NCBI GenBank assembly: GCA_015232565.1 | Contig: JADFZK010000004.1 | Coordinates: 11,907-75,906, forward strand | Source: Candidatus Omnitrophota bacterium | GTDB lineage: Bacteria > Omnitrophota > Gorgyraeia > Zapsychrales > Fredricksoniimonadaceae | Length of the DNA stretch: 64,000 nt | Reading direction: 5' to 3' | Part shown: positions 60,742-64,000 of the stretch, one piece after another | Numbering within the stretch: position 1 is the stretch's first letter | How the letters are laid out: each line of letters begins with the position of its first letter | Notes under the pieces: generated by a model | Database searches by the model: none | What the model was told of the DNA's origin: nothing | What the model saw: only the letters and a program-made list of their open reading frames with translations | Program-made: the position numbers and the translations under genes

Positions 60742-60972
60742 TTACACAGCGTTTAAGGTTTTTATATTAATTACTTTGTTTCGGGATTTCAATCCCTTTA
60801 TTATCTCAATTGCCGAACCCCGCACCCCGAAATGACGGCCCAAGAAACCGACCAGCGCCTCATTAGCGCGCCCGTCGACAGGAGGTGCAGTAAGATAAAC
60901 CTTGATCAAGCCGCCCTCTTCCTTATAAAGGTCTTTCTTTGCTCCTGGCATCACCTTAATGTTCAAAATCAT
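60742..60972 (-). CDS. DUF167 (YggU-like) family protein
   Basis: 76 aa; IKVMPGAKKD...IKVYLTAPPVDGRANEALVGFL is the DUF167 signature. Confidence 0.7.
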   Translation of the reverse strand: MILNIKVMPGAKKDLYKEEGGLIKVYLTAPPVDGRANEALVGFLGRHFGVRGSAIEIIKGLKSRNKVINIKTLNAV

Positions 60973-61007
60973 GCGGCCCCTGGTCTGAATAAATATGAAA
61001 GACCTGT

Positions 61008-61059
61008 ATTGTATGATAAAAAAACTGCCCTATTCCCAAGGCCCGAAAGGGACTTGAAT
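61008..61059 (-). terminator. Rho-independent terminator for the minus-strand transcript ending at the 61089..61814 gene
   Basis: Perfect 10-bp inverted repeat ctgccctatt (61015-61024) / aatagggcag (61050-61059) enclosing an inner caag-ccc-GAAA-ggg-cttg stem-loop. On the minus strand the hairpin is followed by a U7 run (plus-strand A-run 61008-61014). Confidence 0.55.
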
Positions 61060-61088
61060 AATAGGGCAGGGAAGATATCACTATAAAG

Positions 61089-61814
61089 TTATTTATTAAT
61101 GAATTTTACGTCAAGATTCATTCGGGTCTGGCCATAAGTGGTCACGGATTTATCCTGGCCGTCCTTCACCATATAACCGCCGTTACCATAAACCGCTTCC
61201 AGCCGGTCATGCTCTTTCTGCGCGGCCACATGTACCTCATAAGCCACCCGACGCAAAACACCAATGTTCTTCTTGACCATCCGGATATGCTGTTTAAATA
61301 CCTGGACCTTGGCCCGCCCTTCATTCTCGTCAGAAATATCGGGTTGAAAAACCGCCAGTTCCTTGCGAACACCCTGCAATTCCAGATCCATCTTTTTGCT
61401 CTTCTTCTTGAACACCGCTATCATCGTCTCCAGGCCCTCGCCCTTTTGCGCCGCCCGGGCTTTATAACGTTCCAACGCCGTAATGCTGGTCTTCAACTGG
61501 TCATTCACCTGTTGAACGGAAGAAAGTTCACTGCGAGTCAAAGTAAGGTCGTTATTGGCCTCCTCCAGCTCCTTGGTAAGATCGACCAGACGCTGATTAG
61601 CATCATCCAACGCCACTTTGGTTACTTTATATTCATTGGTCATATAGCGATAGTTCTGTGACTGGCTGACCGCGGTCTTTTCGCCGGTAACCACGACTTC
61701 TTCGAGAGTGCGATAATTAAAAACAAAGATCACAAAACTAACTAGCGACAACAACGCAGCCAACCCCCACATGATCAGCCTGATCTTATTATTCTTGATA
61801 ATGTCTTCTGCCAT
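61089..61814 (-). CDS. Membrane-anchored coiled-coil protein (hypothetical)
   Basis: 241 aa; N-terminal TM (LIMWGLAALLSLVSFVIFVF) followed by a heptad-rich helical region. Confidence 0.5.
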   Translation of the reverse strand: MAEDIIKNNKIRLIMWGLAALLSLVSFVIFVFNYRTLEEVVVTGEKTAVSQSQNYRYMTNEYKVTKVALDDANQRLVDLTKELEEANNDLTLTRSELSSVQQVNDQLKTSITALERYKARAAQKGEGLETMIAVFKKKSKKMDLELQGVRKELAVFQPDISDENEGRAKVQVFKQHIRMVKKNIGVLRRVAYEVHVAAQKEHDRLEAVYGNGGYMVKDGQDKSVTTYGQTRMNLDVKFINK

Positions 61815-61848
61815 ACTTACCCTTCGATCTTCCTTTAGTGTACTGCCA

Positions 61849-62343
61849 TTAACGAATATTCCAGGATGTATCGGTTATCCCGGAACCTAAACCAAATAGC
61901 GCCCCCGCCGATTTGTCCACAATGCGCGTTCCAATAGCTGTTTCATACGAACTGGAAAGATCTTTGAATTCCAGGCCATAGTAATAATATCCAGCCCCTT
62001 CCCGGACCGTCTTGCCCCAGACCATCCTGGCCAGGGGAGGAACGAAAATGCTTTCGGCGGGCTCAACCGCTTTAAGCATCACCAGAAAGTCTTTCTCCAC
62101 GTTAACAAAAACCTTGGTTTCCAACATAGCGCCCGAGATACTGATATTCCGCAAAATGCCTTTACCATCCACACCGATCCGGTCGATATACCAGCGCACC
62201 GGTATGTCATCCCTGACCCTCAGGTGCCTGCGTTGCCCTTCATCTTTTATCATTTCAAGGCCTTTCGAAACAAATTTCCGGGTATTATATCCATTCCCTC
62301 CGTCTATGACAAGAAAAATTAGTGGCCCCCAGAAACCAATCAC
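61849..62343 (-). CDS. PilZ domain protein (putative c-di-GMP receptor)
   Basis: 164 aa; RRHLRVR ... NISISGAML matches the PilZ RxxxR / (D/N)xSxxG motif pair. Confidence 0.6.
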   Translation of the reverse strand: MIGFWGPLIFLVIDGGNGYNTRKFVSKGLEMIKDEGQRRHLRVRDDIPVRWYIDRIGVDGKGILRNISISGAMLETKVFVNVEKDFLVMLKAVEPAESIFVPPLARMVWGKTVREGAGYYYYGLEFKDLSSSYETAIGTRIVDKSAGALFGLGSGITDTSWNIR

Positions 62344-62378
62344 AACAAGCGGCCCGAAATCAGCTCAACTTGCCCACA

Positions 62379-63875
62379 TTATTTGCTCTTGAGAAAAGAA
62401 TTAAACAGATCGCCCACCGCCTTGCCGACTGCTGGGTCACCCAATACTTTCTCCAGCTCGTGCTGACCACGCTTCAGCAGGATCTTTTTCGTCAAATAAT
62501 CAATGTCCGGCATGACCTTGGGCTTAAGCATCGGGCCCTTAACCGAAAAAGGCATATACACCCGTCCGTCATTCTTTTTTAAACCTTCCAGTTCGGGAAC
62601 CTTATTAACCAGGACCAGGGAAAGCGGCGCCGCAATAAACAATTTCGCCGCCAGGTCCAGATCTTGCCGCAGTAAATGCGCCGTCCCCTCACAGGAAAGC
62701 GCCAGGTCTCGGGTAATAACCTCAGCATTACGCAAAGTCAAAAGCTCCGGGCTAACCTGGGCCAGCAATTCCATCCGGTCAATAACCGTTATGCCCTGAC
62801 GAATATCTGCCTGCGTCTCCGGAGGCAGATCCAGCAAAACAGTGTTTAGCAGATCCGGGAACATCGTGATACTCTTTAAACCAGCCGCCAGGACATTAAT
62901 CCCTTCCAGGACGGCAGACCGGGCATCCACGGCCACTTCGGACTCCAGCTCCTGGAGACCTTTGGCACCCAAAACCGCTTTTGCTACCCTTACCTCTAAT
63001 GTGCCTTTGGCGGTCTTAAACCCGGCAGGCTGTAACATCGGCAAAGCCTTGTTCAAACGTTCTGGTACAATCTTGTCCAGCGCCAGAATGGCCTTGACCG
63101 CCTCAAACTTTACCGCCAGTTTTAACAGGTCGATCCCGGCGCGTCCGGTAACCTTTAAATTTTCCGCCTCAGAGAACACGGCCGCGCTCAGCACCAGGTC
63201 GCAAGGCGCGGTTAAAGAAAAATCCTTAATATCCAGATCGATCTTTTCGACATCCAGCGCGATCGCCGGTTCGAAAAGACGGTCATAATAATGTACCACC
63301 CCGGCTTTAACATTAAGCTTCTTAACCAACAAGGCCGGCAAAGCCGCCGCAGAACCCGCAGGACCCGAGGAGAGCGCCGGTGGAGCAATGGCCGCTTCTT
63401 TAACCCCAGGCACTGACTCAGACGTGACCACCTTCGTCACCGGCCCGATAGCCGCGGCATTGATATTGCCATCCTTGGCCCGGATGATCGTCAACTCCGG
63501 TGAAATAATACTCACCTCGGAGATCACCAGGCTTCTTTCCAAAAGCGCCACCTTAACATCAACGGCCAAAAGCACCTGGCCGGCTTTTAAAAAAGACTGA
63601 TCCGAAAAACGCGGATCGTCAGAAAGGCTCACATTATTCAAGATCAGGACCACCCCCTTGTTAAAAGAGAGCGCCAGCCGGGCATTACCCACCTTTAATT
63701 CCCGGCCAGTGTTTTGAGCTACCAGCTCGACGACCTGCGGGACATAACGATTGACGTCCAGAGTGCTTATGAACCACCAACCGCCGATAATAAGCACCAA
63801 AAACAAACCAGCCAGAATAACTAATCCGAGTTTTAAAGCTTTCACGTTTTGTCCTCTATTGGGTGGAGAGATCAA
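62379..63875 (-). CDS. AsmA-family protein
   Basis: 498 aa; N-terminal TM (LGLVILAGLFLVLIIGGWWF) followed by an AsmA-like N-terminal region (LKVGNARLALSFNKGVVLILNNVSL...ISPELTIIRAKDGNINAA). Confidence 0.55.
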   Translation of the reverse strand: MISPPNRGQNVKALKLGLVILAGLFLVLIIGGWWFISTLDVNRYVPQVVELVAQNTGRELKVGNARLALSFNKGVVLILNNVSLSDDPRFSDQSFLKAGQVLLAVDVKVALLERSLVISEVSIISPELTIIRAKDGNINAAAIGPVTKVVTSESVPGVKEAAIAPPALSSGPAGSAAALPALLVKKLNVKAGVVHYYDRLFEPAIALDVEKIDLDIKDFSLTAPCDLVLSAAVFSEAENLKVTGRAGIDLLKLAVKFEAVKAILALDKIVPERLNKALPMLQPAGFKTAKGTLEVRVAKAVLGAKGLQELESEVAVDARSAVLEGINVLAAGLKSITMFPDLLNTVLLDLPPETQADIRQGITVIDRMELLAQVSPELLTLRNAEVITRDLALSCEGTAHLLRQDLDLAAKLFIAAPLSLVLVNKVPELEGLKKNDGRVYMPFSVKGPMLKPKVMPDIDYLTKKILLKRGQHELEKVLGDPAVGKAVGDLFNSFLKSK

Positions 63876-63883
63876 TGATGGGT

Positions 63884-64000
63884 GAGTGCATCCAGGCGTT
63901 CTTTCTGAGCCATCATCCGCTCACGCTGGGCCTGGGCGCGCTCCTGGTTGTCAATAGACTTCTGCCTGAGCGCTTCCATCTTATCGGCCAGAGCCTGATT
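63884..64000 (-). CDS. 3' end of a coiled-coil protein gene (partial; continues beyond window end)
   Basis: Reverse-complement frame is open to the window edge and ends ...QERAQAQRERMMAQKERLDALTHH-stop at 63884. Confidence 0.3.

Overview
Every supportable gene in this 64-kb window lies on the minus strand (about 35 co-directional CDSs). The window is dominated by one uninterrupted 32.9-kb ORF (7855..40743, 10,962 aa). It encodes a signal-peptide-bearing giant protein built from roughly 800 tandem 13-residue repeats (39 nt each) with the consensus G-[IV]-N-W-x-D-[IL]-x-x-[LM]-[ST]-x-x. On top of the 39-nt unit there are higher-order repeats: a 1092-nt unit and a 1.48-kb segment duplicated at about 99.9% identity.

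Immediately upstream, on the same strand and with tiny gaps, sit:
- a PilP/GspC-like bitopic protein;
- a GspD/PilQ secretin;
- a TPR pilotin-like protein;
- two paralogous FGE-sulfatase-fold proteins (similar to GldJ/GldK/PorK).

Immediately downstream, translationally coupled, are:
- a 443-aa signal-anchored coiled-coil protein;
- an atypically ordered F-type ATP synthase cluster (alpha, epsilon, c, c', b/delta-Cterm fusion, gamma, beta) with no a-subunit gene in the window;
- the 5' part of a PilB/GspE-family secretion ATPase, truncated at the window edge.

The remainder is ordinary-looking:
- a GT2-DUF2304-GT2 glycosylation cluster;
- a small membrane protein with a second delta-Cterm-like motif;
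- an S41 peptidase;
- lipoate-protein ligase plus gcvPB-gcvPA-gcvH-gcvT;
- a large uncharacterised protein;
- a polysaccharide deacetylase;
- GatB/YqeY, DUF167, a coiled-coil protein, a PilZ protein and an AsmA-like protein.

The candidate undescribed system is the giant 13-mer-repeat surface protein embedded in a secretin/ATPase/FGE-fold/ATP-synthase gene array. Giant genes next to pilus or secretion genes are reminiscent of candidate-phylum lineages such as Omnitrophota, but I cannot verify taxonomy from sequence alone.

No rRNA, tRNA, CRISPR array or transposase/integrase was recognised.
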